From Octopus bimaculoides (taxonomy: Eukaryota): a DNA stretch of 64,000 nucleotides. This document shows positions 49,995 to 63,820 of the stretch, one piece after another (within the stretch, counting starts at the first letter, position 1; each line of letters begins with the position of its first letter). The position numbers and the translations under genes are program-made. The notes under the pieces were generated by a model. That model worked only from the letters and a program-made list of their open reading frames with translations. It did no database searches and was not told the DNA's origin. The stretch lies in contig NC_068996.1 in NCBI RefSeq assembly GCF_001194135.2, positions 47,035,405 to 47,099,404 on the forward strand, given 5' to 3'.

Positions 49995-50365
49995 TATTTT
50001 GGAGATGTATTGGTCTATATTTTCACTGGTACAATATAAAACTAAAATATATAGCCTCATTGAACTTGGAAATTTTTCATGGTTTTTCATGGTTTTCATT
50101 TGTTTTGCCATAAAAGAAGAGCTGTTTCCAACTTAGACATAAACATATGCATAAGTGCATACATATATACATACTCACATACATACATACATACATACAT
50201 ACGTACATACAAAGATATGCATACATGTTCATACAACACAAGATATACACATATTTGTGTAATACGAAGGATATGTGTATATGTGAAAGAGAGAGAGAGA
50301 GAGAGATAGTGTGTGTGTATGTGCGTGTGTGTGGGTGTGGGTGTGTGTGTGTGTATGTGTGTGTA

Positions 50366-50437
<72 letters not shown>

Positions 50438-50959
50438 TGTGTGTTTCTTGCTTTTACTGATATATGGAAATGAAACTTTTTATTCACATTATTTTTCAAA
50501 TAGTGTTTCTGGAAAAATTTTATATGCTTTGGCAAAAAAAAAAAAAAAAAAATACATACATGAAAGAAAAAAAATTCCAGCAAAAATGTCTTTTTTTAAA
50601 AAAATTCTTAAAAGAAATATTATGTTTAATAACATATTCTTTGTAAAAATAAAGATAAAATACCATTCTGAAATCGAATAAAATAAAATAAAATAAGCAA
50701 AAAATAAATTAATAATAATAATGATGATAAAAAAATGGCAACAATCAACATTTTGGTTAGGAATATAAAATTTAATGCTTCTTCAGAAAATTCATTTCTT
50801 TCTTCATTTTTTCGTTATTTTGCTTCATGATATCTTATAAAAAACAAAAAATTGATTTTTGTATGGATATTAAAATTTTTGCTGTACCATTTTTTTTTCT
50901 GTTATTAAATGTATCCAACATGCTGTGGATTCTATATTTTATTATTTCATTCATTGTAG

Positions 50960-51141
50960 GACACAACATTACGTCAGTTCATTCTTACAAATCTGGTCGA
51001 GAAAGAAGGAACGGTACAGTGGCGCCTAAATCTTGATGCCATTATTACAGATTTCAAAGAGATCATGGCTTTTCCAGAGTGTGGCAATAGTTATCAGGGA
51101 CCAACTCTGTTTTTAGGCGGACAAAACTCTAATTACATTGG
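50960..51141 (+). CDS. ABHD11: Next exon of ABHD11-like hydrolase (DTTLRQFILTNLVEKEGTVQWRLNLDAIITDFKEIMAFPECGNSYQGPTLFLGGQNSNYI+GG)
   Basis: Acceptor ttcattgtag|GAC and donor GG|gtatgt; 182 bp, phase 0/2, in frame with 9295-9465. Matches the recalled human DMAVRQHLLTNLVEVDGRFVWRVNLDAL...YLGPTLFLLGGNSQFV. Confidence 0.95.
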
Positions 51142-51259
51142 GTATGTTATCATTGATTTTTTTTTTTTTTTTTTTTTGGGATGCATTATAGTTTTAAATT
51201 ATTGATTTGCGGCTGACAAGTTCATTCTGACATTTCGTTATCGAAATCCCCTTTCCCAT

Positions 51260-51695
51260 CCTCCACCACCTCCCCAACACCACCACCTCCCCAACACCAC
51301 CACCACAATGTCTACCATGACCTCTACCACCAACAATGACACTGCTACTGCCGCCATCACCGTCTTCACCACCACCATCATGTCCACTACCACCACCATC
51401 ACCACCATTGTCATCACCATCATCATAATCATCATTATCACCGTCATTTTGTTGTTGTCATCATTGCTGTGGTCATCATTGCTGTTGTGGTTGCCCTCCT
51501 CCTCCTCCTCGTTGTCATCACCACCATCACCACCACTACCTCTGCTGCCATCACCACCATTACAATTGACAGCATAACCACCACCACCACCACCTCCACC
51601 ACCATCACCACCACAGCCATCACCATCACCATCACCACCACCATCATCATAACCATCACCGTCATCACAACCATCACCACTACTACTACTACTTA

Positions 51696-51728
<33 letters not shown>

Positions 51729-51922
51729 TACTGCTGCTACTGCTACTGCTGCTGCTACTACTTCTACCACTACCCCACCCCACTACTCTCAACACCATCT
51801 TAACTACCACCATCATCACCACCACCACCACCATCACCAACATAACCACTATTACAACCTCTACTACTACTGTTGCTGCTTTTACTACTACTACTACCAA
51901 CACCAACACCACCAGCATCACA

Positions 51923-51966
<44 letters not shown>

Positions 51967-52098
51967 CAGCACCACTACTACCACCACCAGCACCACAACT
52001 ACCACCACCACCACGAACAACAACAGCAGCAGCACTACCACAACCACTACTACCAACAGCACTACCACCACCTCCACCACCATGATAACTACCACCGT
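51260..52098. repeat. Long mixed (CAC/CAT/TAC)n trinucleotide tract
   Basis: Directly visible; begins ~120 bp after the exon donor. Confidence 0.9.
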
Positions 52099-52599
52099 AA
52101 TTGGTGTTCCTTTTGCTCCTACTGTTGTTTGCTGCAGGTGGTCTCATTCCACAGAACTCCATCCTCTCAAGAGATATTTCTTTTTTTTTCCTAGGATTAT
52201 TTCATACAAAAAAAAAAAAAACTAACAAACAAAACAAAAGAAAAAAACAGAGCAAAAAGGGTATAATTTTTGTTTTTATTCATTTCATCAACAAAGGATT
52301 TCAGAATATTTAAACATCCACTCCATTATCTCCTTGTGTAGAAAAGAAAGCTCGTCTAAACATTTGTTTTAACTGCGTGTAATATTCTTGCATGGCAGCC
52401 ATTCTTGTTATTTATTCATGATCCAAAATGGTTACAAATGTGTTTGCAGGAAGGGTTACTAACTGTAATTGAGGTGGCAGCAAATAAAACCCTTCCAAAG
52501 TTTTGAAAGCATGAAGTCTGATTGAAAGCAAGAAAAAGAAAAAGGAAATAAATGATGATATGCCAATTTGTGAAGTGTTCCTTTTTTTTTTGTCATAAG

Positions 52600-53050
52600 T
52601 GCAGCGGGCATGGCTGTGTGGTGAAGAAACTTGCTTCCCAACCATGAAATCTTGGGTTCAGTTCCTCTTGGGTGCAGTGCCTCAGGCATGTGTCTTTTCC
52701 TATGACCCCAGGCTGACCAAAGCCACGAGAGTGTATCTGGCAGACAGAAACTGAAAGAGGCCTGTCATATATAAAGGACTCCCTTCGGTCATGACTGACC
52801 ATGGGATTGCACCTAGAAAGTTACCCTCCGAGGCACAAGTCTGGGTAAGGTTGTTTATGGAAGACCAGCAGTCTCCCATGCATACCAGCCTCCCCTCTCC
52901 ATGATACTGATGTTATCCAAGGGAAAGGCAAAGGGGGCCGATACAGCTTGGCACCAGTGACGTCGCAACTCATTTCTACAGATGAGTAAACTGGAACATG
53001 TAATAAAGTGTCTTGCTCAAGAACACAACACACAGCCCTGTCTGGGAATC
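52600..53050. mobile_element. SINE A head (+, 52600-52770) abutting SINE family C (-, 52775-53050)
   Basis: Family C reverse head gtgtgttgtgttcttgagcaagacac; related copies at 14165-14330 (+), 60720-60970 (-) and 63490-63730 (-). Confidence 0.7.
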
Positions 53051-53747
53051 AAACTCATTCCCTATTTATAGTAAATATATATTTGTGTGTGTGTGTGTGT
53101 GTGCAAGTGTGCATGCGTGTGTGTTTGTGTTTGTCTCCCATTCTTGTTTCACAACCAGTGTTGGTTTGATACACAGCCTGTAGTGTTACAGTTTGGAAAA
53201 AGTGACCAATTGTGAAAGTACCAGGCTTACTAAGTCTTTCAGGGCTGTGCCCCAGCATGGCCACTGTTCAAAGAAAAAAAAAAAAAGGCAATGTGTAAAC
53301 CAAACAGTTACAATAAACACAAGCGCTTAACACAACTGACATGGAGGTTGGTTCTGTATATCAAGCTCATCATTATCTTTACTCCAAATGTATTCTTCAT
53401 CTTTATATTCCTCTAATCTTTCCATGTATGGAAAACTGCTGTCATATTCAGATTGGTGCTCCTGCTGGTCTTCTTTCTCTTGTTAACCAAATTAAAAAAT
53501 GAATTTCTAATATTATTAACCCTTTTGAGACTGCCCTTAACTCTGTGATCTGAACTTTCTGTTTTAAAATGATCTAAATTAAAACCTTCAATCAAAATTC
53601 TATAATGATGAAGTTATTTTATCGAATTCTTCATTATTTTCAAAATTAATTGAAACAAAGCCAGTGTATTTCAACAGAAATATGGTAAGAAAAGGGTTGA
53701 TTATTTTTTTGCAACCGTGAATCTCGAAGCAGATGATAGAGAGCTAT

Positions 53748-54135
53748 TTGTTGTTGGCACTCCGTCGCTTACGACGTCGAGGGTTCCAATTGATCCGATC
53801 AACTGAACAGCCTGCTCATGAAATTAACGTGCAAGTGGCTGAGCACTCCACTGACACGTGTACCCTTAACATAGTTCTCGGGGATATTCAGCATGACACA
53901 GTGTGACAAGGCTGACCCTTTGAATTACAGGCACAACAGAAACAGGAAGTAAGAGTGAGAGAGAAAGTTGTGGTGGAAGAGTACAGCAGGGTTCGCCACC
54001 ATCCCCTGCCGGAGCTTCGTGGAGCTTTAGGTGTTTTCACTCAATAAACACTCACAACGCCCTGTCTGAGAATTGAAACCACGATCCTATGACCGCGAGT
54101 CTGCTGCACTAACCACTGGGCCATTGCGCCTCCAC
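53748..54135 (-). mobile_element. SINE family B with alternative tail and 10-bp TSD
   Basis: agagagctat at 53738-53747 and 54136-54145; head identical in type to 2614; tail ends ...gacggagtgccaacaacaa. Confidence 0.88.
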
Positions 54136-56829
54136 AGAGAGCTATAAATAATAGAATATAAATATTGGGCTGAAAACCCCTTTTGGATAGAAAAGTCAAA
54201 GGCTGCTTGAGTAGGATTTGAACTCACATCTCTTGTCAACATCTATTATTTAAAACTGTGTATGTGTGCTTCAAGATACACTATTCCCCCACTCCCACCT
54301 CCAAAAGAATTATTTCTTGTTTTCTTGGAAGTTTATAAAATTCTTGTGATGTTAACATTAATCCTCTTGTCAGTTAAACTCCAACATTTCTCTTATATTT
54401 GGGACATTCTTTCTTTATCTTCATTCTATAAACACTTCCATGGTTCTTGATTTGCCAAACTTTCTCTTCTAGTACTTTCTCTCAATCTTTCTGTTAATTC
54501 TTGTCTTTTCATTGTTCTTGTCCACTCTTTGGTGGTGCATATTCTTGAGCATCTGTTATATGGAACAATCTCTCTTGCTTTCCAGATTAAATATAATCTT
54601 AATTCTTTTAAATTTTGCATTGATCGATCAGTTTATGATTTTTAAGGTGGCTTTTCATTGGATTATTTTTTTTTTAATATTCTTTATTTCTTTTTCTTTT
54701 ATAACACTCAACACACTAAGTGGTTGCTTAATGCCTGTTTTATTGCTGGTTGTTTGCAAATGAGAATTGCAAATCTGTGACAGGAGTAAAATTAGAATAT
54801 GAATAGCACAAACATAAATGAAGTGGTGGAAAAAACAAGCTTAAATTACAATAAAAAAAAAACAGCATCAGCAATAACAACAAGAGCAGCATTTCATCTT
54901 TTGCTAGTATGGTGGGGTCAGTGGATGAGGGGACAGTCTTGAAATGAGCTTGTTTCATGGAAGACATATGCCACAAAAAATTATTGTTTCTCTGCCTAAG
55001 GATTTTACCCAAGAAAAATCATGGAAGAAATGTAATTCTATTTTTCAAAATATGGAGCAAGTTTTCATATGTCCTCAAAAGATGAGTTGGAGAAAGCCCT
55101 TGTTTTTATATGGAAATATGTGTCTATCATTTAAGTAAAGTCTGTGCATGTGGCATGAAGACAGGTAGAGTTCATATGCTACATGTTTTTCCTCAGAATG
55201 ATGCCACAGTTTATGATAAAAAAAAACAACCCCAATGGTCAGGGTATGATGCATTGGTATAAACACTGATTTGTGGTCACTTTAGCCATGTGACCCCCAC
55301 TATAGGGTAGGTTGTGAGTGTGGTGAGGATCTGCAACAACATGTAGATGAATGGGGTCTGCATGGACTTTCAGATCTTTATAAAAGCTGAAGACTATAAA
55401 GATACCCTGGATTCATGTTCCATTGATGGGTGTAAAGAAGAAGCTGATGAGAATGGTAGGTTGGAGCAGAAAACCTAGTTGCTACATGTGCACACATGTT
55501 GTAGTAAAGACTTCTTGAGAGTTTTCTATGCAGAAGAAGGAAAAAAAAAGTAAAAGAGCAGACAGCAGAAGTTTTGACAACAGTAGGCCCCTGAGGTTGT
55601 TGCTGGTGTTATTTGCTACCCACTTTCTTTCTTTTTGTTTGGTTTTGTTTTTCTTTTTCTCACAAGATAATCCTAATGGATCCACCACCACCACCACCAC
55701 CACTACCTTCAACAGACCATCTTTTGCTCACATGGTGAGCTAGAGGAAGATCTTGATATAAACCAATTCCTTGGAAGCAGCGTATCGCAAAAAGAAAACG
55801 TCACTTTTAGTTTTTATTCTGTTCCTCTTATATTTAGTTTTTGTATTTGGTTTGCAAGATTTTTTATGTGATTTCTTGTGTTGAAGCATATTCTGTTGTG
55901 TCTGGGGAGAGTCATCTTCTTATTGTGCCTTGAAATTTAACACACTCACCGGTAAAATTTCCACTTATTTCTTATTTTTATTTTCCTAAAATTTTCGTTG
56001 CGTCTTGCAACCTTTTCAATAGTCAAGTGTGTTAAATTTTAAGGCACAATAAGAAAATGACTCTCCCCAGACACAACAGAACTCTTATATTTATTTATTC
56101 ATATTCTTTGCTGTCTGTAGTCACACTGACTAGCTGACAATGGTTCTGAACTATTAACTACACACCATCCCACATTGTTGTCATCTCTTCTTATACCATC
56201 CTTGCAAATAATCAAACCATTTTCTGTATTTCTCCTCGTTAGGTGAAACTTATGAATATCCCCTGTTAGTCTGAGTGCTTCATGGTATCATCTTCAATTT
56301 CTGTATCTTTCTGTCTTTCTCCCGGAGATCACCTTCATTTCCTTTGAATATCCCTATTCTATAATTCATTCCAGACATTGTTCATATGTTTATCGCTAAT
56401 CTCATGTTTCTTTGATTTTTAGCACAAATCTACTCTTCTCTTTGATTTTGTTGAATTCCTGTTGTATTCTTGTATCAATTTAACTCACTGTCTTTTATTA
56501 CCACCCACAAATGCTATACAATGTACTGGCACCATCTTTCCTCTTTTTATTATGAATATACCAAGGCAGTGAGCTGGCAGAATTTCTGGTGCATCAGACA
56601 AGATGTTTAGTTGTATTTCTTCTGGTTCTTTACACTCTGAGTTCAAATTATGCTGAGCTCTGCTTCACCTTTCATCCTTCTGGGGTTGATAAAATAAAGT
56701 GCCTGTCAAGTACTTTGGTTGATGTATTCAATTTGTCTCTTCCTCTTAAAATTGCTGGCTTCATGACAAAATTAGAAAGAATTGTGAGAATATCACAGTT
56801 TTAGTCCTGAATTCCAAGTCTTTGACTTC

Positions 56830-57200
56830 ACCAAGGAAACAAACAGTCATAACTAAAGAATTCATCTGGTTGCCATCGTTCTGACTAGTTTGAGATCATT
56901 CATAAAAAAAGAAAAAGATGCTCCATTCATATTCAATTCTTGTCTTTTACAAGGTTGACATCATTGATACAAAATATAAAACAAGAAGGTGATGCACTGC
57001 CATCTTGGAAAATCCTTGTTCTTCTTTGAATTTTGCCAAGTACTTCTTCTCATGTTGTCAATTCAGTCTTTTGTAAATGCATAACAACGAACTCTATCAT
57101 GTTATTAGCTAAACCAAATAGTTTCATGTGTTTCCCTATCTAAGGACAAAGTACCATATTGTATGTATTTTATAATCTAAATTTGTATCTAAATTGATAT
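56830..57200 (-). mobile_element. Highly degenerate non-LTR RT fragment
   Basis: Reverse-strand LDYKK and GFFQDGSASPSCF resemble the DY.KAYD and GI.QGDSLSP RT motifs; many stops. Confidence 0.35.
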
Positions 57201-57654
57201 TAATTGTTGGTAAGGATACCATATTTTGTTATGCGACCATAATGTACTACCAGGTATATTAAAGGATTCTAAATCAATAGTGTGCCTCACCAGTGTTAGC
57301 AGTGCTATTAAATCATATAAAATGTAGTAACACATGAGTGCTGGCTCTAATTTCTATAGAAAATCTGTAGAGATACACTTTAAAACTAAATTGTATGTCT
57401 TCTGTACCAAGCGTTCAGTGTTGATTGCTTGCTCATTGCTCTACACCTGACCATTTATCTCTCTCTCTCTCTTTGTTTTTATGACGGCCTTTCCATTCAT
57501 CAGCGATTCATTCTAGTTAGTATTTACTGTGGAAGTGAATGCGGAAGTAAAAGATATCAACCACATTTCTTTTGCTGGATCCTTTAAGAATAAAATACTT
57601 TCCCCATTCAGCATCCATGCAATTAGCATTTCTTTATCATTCAAGAACATATGT

Positions 57655-58605
57655 CTGTTATCTTTTACTTGTTTCAGTCATTGGACTGTGGCCATGCTGG
57701 GGCACCACCTTGAAGGGTTTTAGTTGAACAAATCAATCCCAGTATATCTTTTATCTTTTACTTGTTTCACTCATTGGACTGTGGCCATACTGGTGCACCA
57801 CCTTGAAGGGTTTTAGCTGAACAAATCAATCCCAGTATATCTTTTATCTTTTACTTGTTTCANNNNNNNNNNNNNNNNNNNNNNNNNNNNNNNNNNNNNN
57901 NNNNNNNNNNNNNNNNNNNNNNNNNNNNNNNNNNNNNNNNNNNNNNNNNNNNNNNNNNNNNNNNNNNNNNNNNNNNNNNNNNNNNNNNNNNNNNNNNNNN
58001 NNNNNNNNNNNNNNNGAAGGGTTTTAGTTGAACAAATCAATCCCAGTATATCTTTTATCTTTTACTTGTTTCACTCATTGGACTGTGGCCATACTGGTGC
58101 ACCACCTTGAAGGGTTTTAGCTGAACAAATCAATCCCAGTATATCTTTTATCTTTTACTTGTTTCAGTCATTGCACTGTGGCCATGCTGGGGCACCACAT
58201 TGAAGGGTTTTAGTTGAACAAATAAATCCCACTATATCTTTTATCTTTTACTTGTTTCAGTCATTGCACTGTGGCCATGCTGGGGCACCACCTTGAAGGG
58301 CTTTAGTTGAACAAATCAATCCCAGTATATCTTTTATCTTTTACTTGTTTCACTCATTGGACTGTGGCCATGCTGGGGCACCACTTTGAAGGGTTTTAGT
58401 TGAACAAATCAATCCCAGTATATCTTTTATCTTTTACTTGTTTCAGTCATTGGTCTGTGGCCATGCTGGGGCACCACCTTGAAGGGTAGTTAGACAAATC
58501 CACACCGGTACTTATTTTTTCTAAAGTATGGCACTTACTTTATCAGTTCTTTTGCTGAACTGCCAAGTTATGGGAGCATAAACAAGCCAACAATGGCTGG
58601 AAAGT
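57655..58605 (-). repeat. 93-bp tandem array of the SINE A 3' tail, attached to a SINE A body (58490-58605)
   Basis: Unit starts at 57661, 57754, 57847, [gap], 58058, 58151, 58244, 58337, 58430. Confidence 0.92.
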
Positions 58606-58839
58606 GGTAGTGAAGGTCAAACACAAACATAAAGATAAATACTCACCTCCACCCCATATTGAATGATTCCGGTCTGGAGACTTATATTCAGGTCTTCAAG
58701 TTTCTGTATAAACAATACGATAATTGTTGAACTTCTTCAGCTTATCAAAAGCCCAATGCCTGTGGAAACATCAATCACAATCATAAAAACCATGCACTGC
58801 TAGTAAGAGAAACTCCTCTCTGATCATTAGAATGTTTGA

Positions 58840-59052
58840 CCCTTCGGCCCTTTGGCAATTCGTATCACCCTGTGAAATGCAATGCTTATTCACATTGGTT
58901 TGAATTAATCCTGCATTATTTTGTCGTCTAGAGATTTCAGTGATGTGACAGTATATTTTTTAGGCTAACCTTGTTGGGTAGGTGTTAGAGGCTGTATCTG
59001 GTCAGTTGGAACATAAAGCATACAGACTATTTTGGCTGGATATGCTAAAGGA
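58840..59052. mobile_element. TTAA-type MITE of the 19096-19753 family
   Basis: ttga|cccttc...aatgcttatt...aacataaa...tatgctaaagga|ttaa. Confidence 0.6.
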
Positions 59053-61194
59053 TTAAGGAAAACAGTTCTTTATGGCTTGATTGCCAGAAATTAGCAAAAA
59101 TCAATTATGTGTTGGTTGAAATAAATCATATATATAAATATAAAGTAATAAAATGAAAATAAAATATACATATAAATATATAAATACTACAATGATAAAT
59201 AAATAGATAAATAAATATATAAACAATAAAAAATGGTCCACACAGCTTCTTAAAAATTTTTTTAAAAAATGGTATATTAAGTTTTAAAATAGTATTACAA
59301 AATCTGGAACTTAAGAATTAAATATTAAGAGATATGAAATTTCCAAGAAACCCTAAAGGTTGGAGGATTAAAAAGTTTTAAATATTAAAAGTTAACATTG
59401 AAATTAACAGCTGGAAATAAAAAATTTAAAATCAAAAGTAATTGAGTATTGAAAAAATCCAAAATTCCAAAGTGAAAAGTAAATAAAATAAATTTTATTT
59501 TTTCCTGGTCCATGATTTATTAATCATTCGAACCATTTAAACTTACCTGTTTCTGAACTTCCCTGTAAGATTTGTTGAAGTGTTCTTCATATTATTTATG
59601 TTCTGCTTCCCATCCCAGTTCACTATACTTCCACATTAATTTCAATTATCATTTGTATTCTTTTCTCCAAACACCTCTAGCATTTTTCTTTTCTACCATA
59701 GATTATTCTTAAAATGATAAATAAAATAATGAAAAAACATTTGTTGCTTCTTATATTGTTCAATGCCATCTCATTTGATAAAATTTATACTTGCAGCTCT
59801 CTGAATGTTTGTTTTTGGCTCTTTGTTAGTGATAATATAACGACTCCATTAATCTTCTTTGTAATCTCATTTAGCCAACTTCTTTCAACATTTTAAATGA
59901 ATTGTGCCCATCAAAGCCATTGTTTTTCTTAATTTTAGCTGTCTGTGTCACTTCATCATTAACACTTCATCATTGTTACTTAATTCATTGTCACTCTTCA
60001 TAAGTACTTATCTTTTCCTCTGCTGTTTTTCATCTCCTCTACAGTTCCATTCTTTGTTTGTTTATCATCACTGTATTATTTTATTTCATCTTCACCATTC
60101 TTCTGTTCCTTATGCAAAGCCACTTTTTCCCCCTCATTATTTATTCAAGTCCTAATTCATTCAAATATCCATTTTTTCCATAATTTCCTTAGCTTGGTCA
60201 CAAACACCTTGTTCCAGTGCATCAAATATTCCTTTCTTTCCACTCTGAATATAATCTCTGCCTGCATCCCTCCCCATCTCTCTCTCTCTTTCCCCTTTCT
60301 CTGTAATTTCATCTTGATTTACTGGGTTACTTCGATAAGATTTTATAGCAACTAGATTCATCTCTTTATTCTGTTCAGGAGACAATCCTATGTCTAAGGC
60401 ATTCAGAACTCAAATGAGGACTTGATCCGAGAGCTTGATTCATGGTTGGATGAATTTCTTAGCATGCCATTACTAGCTTATATCTTCTGAATTATGTGTC
60501 TGTCAATGTAGCACCTATTGAATCCTCTCAGTAACACCAAAGAATGTCAAATACCTGTCTATGCTGGGCAATTGTGTATTAGTTGAGAGGAAGCTCTATC
60601 TGTTGGCACAGAGGTGAAATTTGAGCTCGGAAACACAAAGAGCCAAATTGCATAACATCTTACCTGAAACGTTAGTAATTCTGTCAGTCATCCACCCACT
60701 TTGACCTAAAGGTGAGATGAAGTTACCTTCTTGAGTCAATCTGATTCATAAGGGCCAGTTTCCTGGTTCCCATGGTGTATATATTCCCCACCTGGACAGG
60801 ATGCTGGTCTGGCACAGAGTTACCGATTTTTCCCAGTTGAGTGGACTAGTACGATGTGAAATGGAGTGTTTTACTCAAAAACACAACATGTCATTGCCCG
60901 GTCTAGGAATTGAAACCACAATCTTATGATCATGAATCCAACACCCCTAACCACTAAGCCACATGCTTCCACTCACTCTGACCTAGTACTTTACCAATTC
61001 CAAAAGGATGAAAGGCAAAGTTGACCTTGGCAAGAATTTTGTCCAAGAGCACAAAGTATTAGAATAAATTTATGGTAGTCTATCAGAAACTTTAACATCA
61101 CTACCAATTCCCATCAACTGCACCAATTTCACCATTCTTGGAAGATCTGAAAAATATTATGAACATTGTCACTTCTTTGGATAAATACTATATT

Positions 61195-61622
61195 TTATCT
61201 TTTACATGTTCCAATCATTAAACTTGCAGCCATGCTGGAGCACCATCTTAAAGGATTTGGTTGAACAAATCAGCCACAGTACTTTTTTTTTTTTAAAGCA
61301 TGGTATTTATTTCATTGCTCTCATTTTGCCAATTTGCTAAGTCACGGGAATGTAAACAAGCCAAAACCAGTTATCAGGTAGCAGTGGGCAACAAAGGCAA
61401 TCACACACACACACACACACACACATGTGCGCATGCACATACACACATATATACAATGGGCTTCTTTCAGTTTCCATTTACCGAATCTACTCACAAGGCT
61501 TTGGTTTTGACCTGAAGCTATAGTAGTAGAAAACACTTGCCCAAGGTGCTGCATGATGGGATTGAACTTGAAACCATGTGTTTCAGAAGCAAACTTCTTA
61601 CCATGCAGCAGTGTCTGTGCCT
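61195..61622 (-). mobile_element. SINE family A, full length, diverged
   Basis: Tail, (CA)n, central part and head all present. Confidence 0.8.
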
Positions 61623-61814
61623 ATAGCAAAACATTTACAATAGTTTCTTAATTACGTGGCTGCCGTATCTAATTATTAGTTGTTGTTTCAAATCAATTAT
61701 TGAAAACAATATACAATATCTTGTACAGTAATTGCTAATCTTGGCCCATATTTTGTTGTCAATGTCATCATTACTATTGTTACAGTAATTCCCAAAAGCA
61801 AATCAGTATCAGCT

Positions 61815-61963
61815 TCATCATCATCATCGCCATCATCATCATCATCACCACCATCACCACCATCATCATTGTCATCATCATCATCATCATCATCACCATC
61901 TCCATCACCATCATCATCATCATCATCATTGTCGTCATCGTCATCATCAGTATCACCATCATC

Positions 61964-61995
<32 letters not shown>

Positions 61996-62070
61996 TGTCG
62001 TCGTCATCATCATCAGTATCACCATCATCATCATCATCATCATTGTCGTCGTCATCATCATCAGTATCAC

Positions 62071-62135
<65 letters not shown>

Positions 62136-62161
62136 TCACCATCATCATCACCATCATCATC
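61815..62161. repeat. (CAT)n tract with recurring cattgtcgtc...cagtatcacc sub-units
   Basis: Directly visible. Confidence 0.9.
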
Positions 62162-62437
62162 NNNNNNNNNNNNNNNNNNNNNNNNNNNNNNNNNNNNNNN
62201 NNNNNNNNNNNNNNNNNNNNNNNNNNNNNNNNNNNNNNNNNNNNNNNNNNNNNNNNNNNNNNNNNNNNNNNNNNNNNNNNNNNNNNNNNNNNNNNNNNNN
62301 NNNNNNNNNNNNNNNNNNNNNNNNNNNNNNNNNNNNNNNNNNNNNNNNNNNNNNNNNNNNNNNNNNNNNNNNNNNNNNNNNNNNNNNNNNNNNNNNNNNN
62401 NNNNNNNNNNNNNNNNNNNNNNNNNNNNNNNNNNNNN

Positions 62438-62494
<57 letters not shown>

Positions 62495-62732
62495 TACAAT
62501 TCTCATCAATTTTTGTTTGTAATTTCAAATTTCTTTGTTTCCTTGGAAACTATAGATATTTATTCTATGTATTTTCATATTTCATTTGTTTTAAATATTT
62601 TCAAAATTTACATTGTATTATATTATATTACACTGTGTATTACATTTTTTCATATTGCATTCATTTTATCCCAGTCTTTCATGTATTGAGCAATTAAAGT
62701 TAATCATGGTTGGATGTCTTGTGGATGTCTCA

Positions 62733-63310
62733 TCATCATCATCATCATCATCATCGTTTAACGTCCATTTTCCATGCTGGCATGGGTTGGATGGTTTGAC
62801 TGGGGACTGGCAAGCCAGGAGGCTGCCCCAGGCACCAGTCTTATCTGGCAATGTTTCTACAGCTGGATGCCCTTCCTAATGCCAGCCACTCTGAGAGTGT
62901 AGTGGTTGCTTTTTACGTGCCACCAGCATGGGAACCAGTCAGGGGGCACTGGCATTGACCTCATTTTGGTGGTCCTTTTTACATGCTACCAGCATGGGGA
63001 GCCGGTCAGGTGGCACTGGCATCACCTACGGTTGAATGGTGCTTATTACATTCCACCAGCATGGGTGCCAGTCAGGTGGCACTGGCATCAGCCAAAACTA
63101 CAGTTTCCATTTTGATTTCAATCTTGATTTGTTTTTGATGGTGATTTTTGTTTTACTTGACTCTCTAGGTCTTCTCAAGCATAGCGTATCGCCCAATGAT
63201 TCAAAAGTACTTTTAAAATGGACTGGTTATGTGACACTGGTATAGCCTATGGTTGTGATCTCACTTTACTTGCCAGGTCTTCTCAATCACAGCATATCGC
63301 CAAAGGTCTC
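62733..63310 (-). mobile_element. RTE 3'UTR / family D variant
   Basis: (CAT)n then tttaacgtccattttccatgctggcatgggttgga...; tandem ggcactggca sub-repeats; ggtcttctcaa repeats like those at 47500-47670. Confidence 0.7.
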
Positions 63311-63779
63311 AGTATATCTTTATAGGTTCAGTTGTAACTGTGTCGCCTTGAGGTTTGCTTCCTAACCACCTGGTTCCAGTGTTCAGTCCCACTGTGTGAC
63401 ACCTTGGGCAAGTGACTTCTACTATAGCCCCAGACAGGTCAAAGCCTTGTCAGTGGATTTGGTAGAAGGAAACTGATAAAAGCCCATGATCATGTGATCA
63501 CATGACTGACCATTACTGGTTATAATGTGCTTTGCATCGTTTTAGCTTTCGAATGACGCCACCCCAATGGCTAGGCATGCAGGCCAACATTCCTCCCCTT
63601 TTCGGAAAAAGGGACTGAAGCAACATGAAAGGAAGTGTTTTGCTCAAGAACACAATGCATCACCCAGTCTGGGAATCAAACACATGATCTAGTAATCTAT
63701 GACTGCCTAACCACTTGGCCATGCACCTTCACTGGATGCCCATCATCTGGGTATGTGTATGTGTGTGCATGTGTGTGTG

Positions 63780-63814
<35 letters not shown>

Positions 63815-63820
<6 letters not shown>

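Noticed and set aside
55440-55490. CTGATGA...GAAAA, and similar cores at 12214, 5190 (-) and 58735 (-)
   Set aside because: No paired stem II or I and no palindromic stem III.
57655-58490. CRISPR-like array
   Set aside because: Eukaryotic context, no unique spacers; the units are tandem SINE tails.
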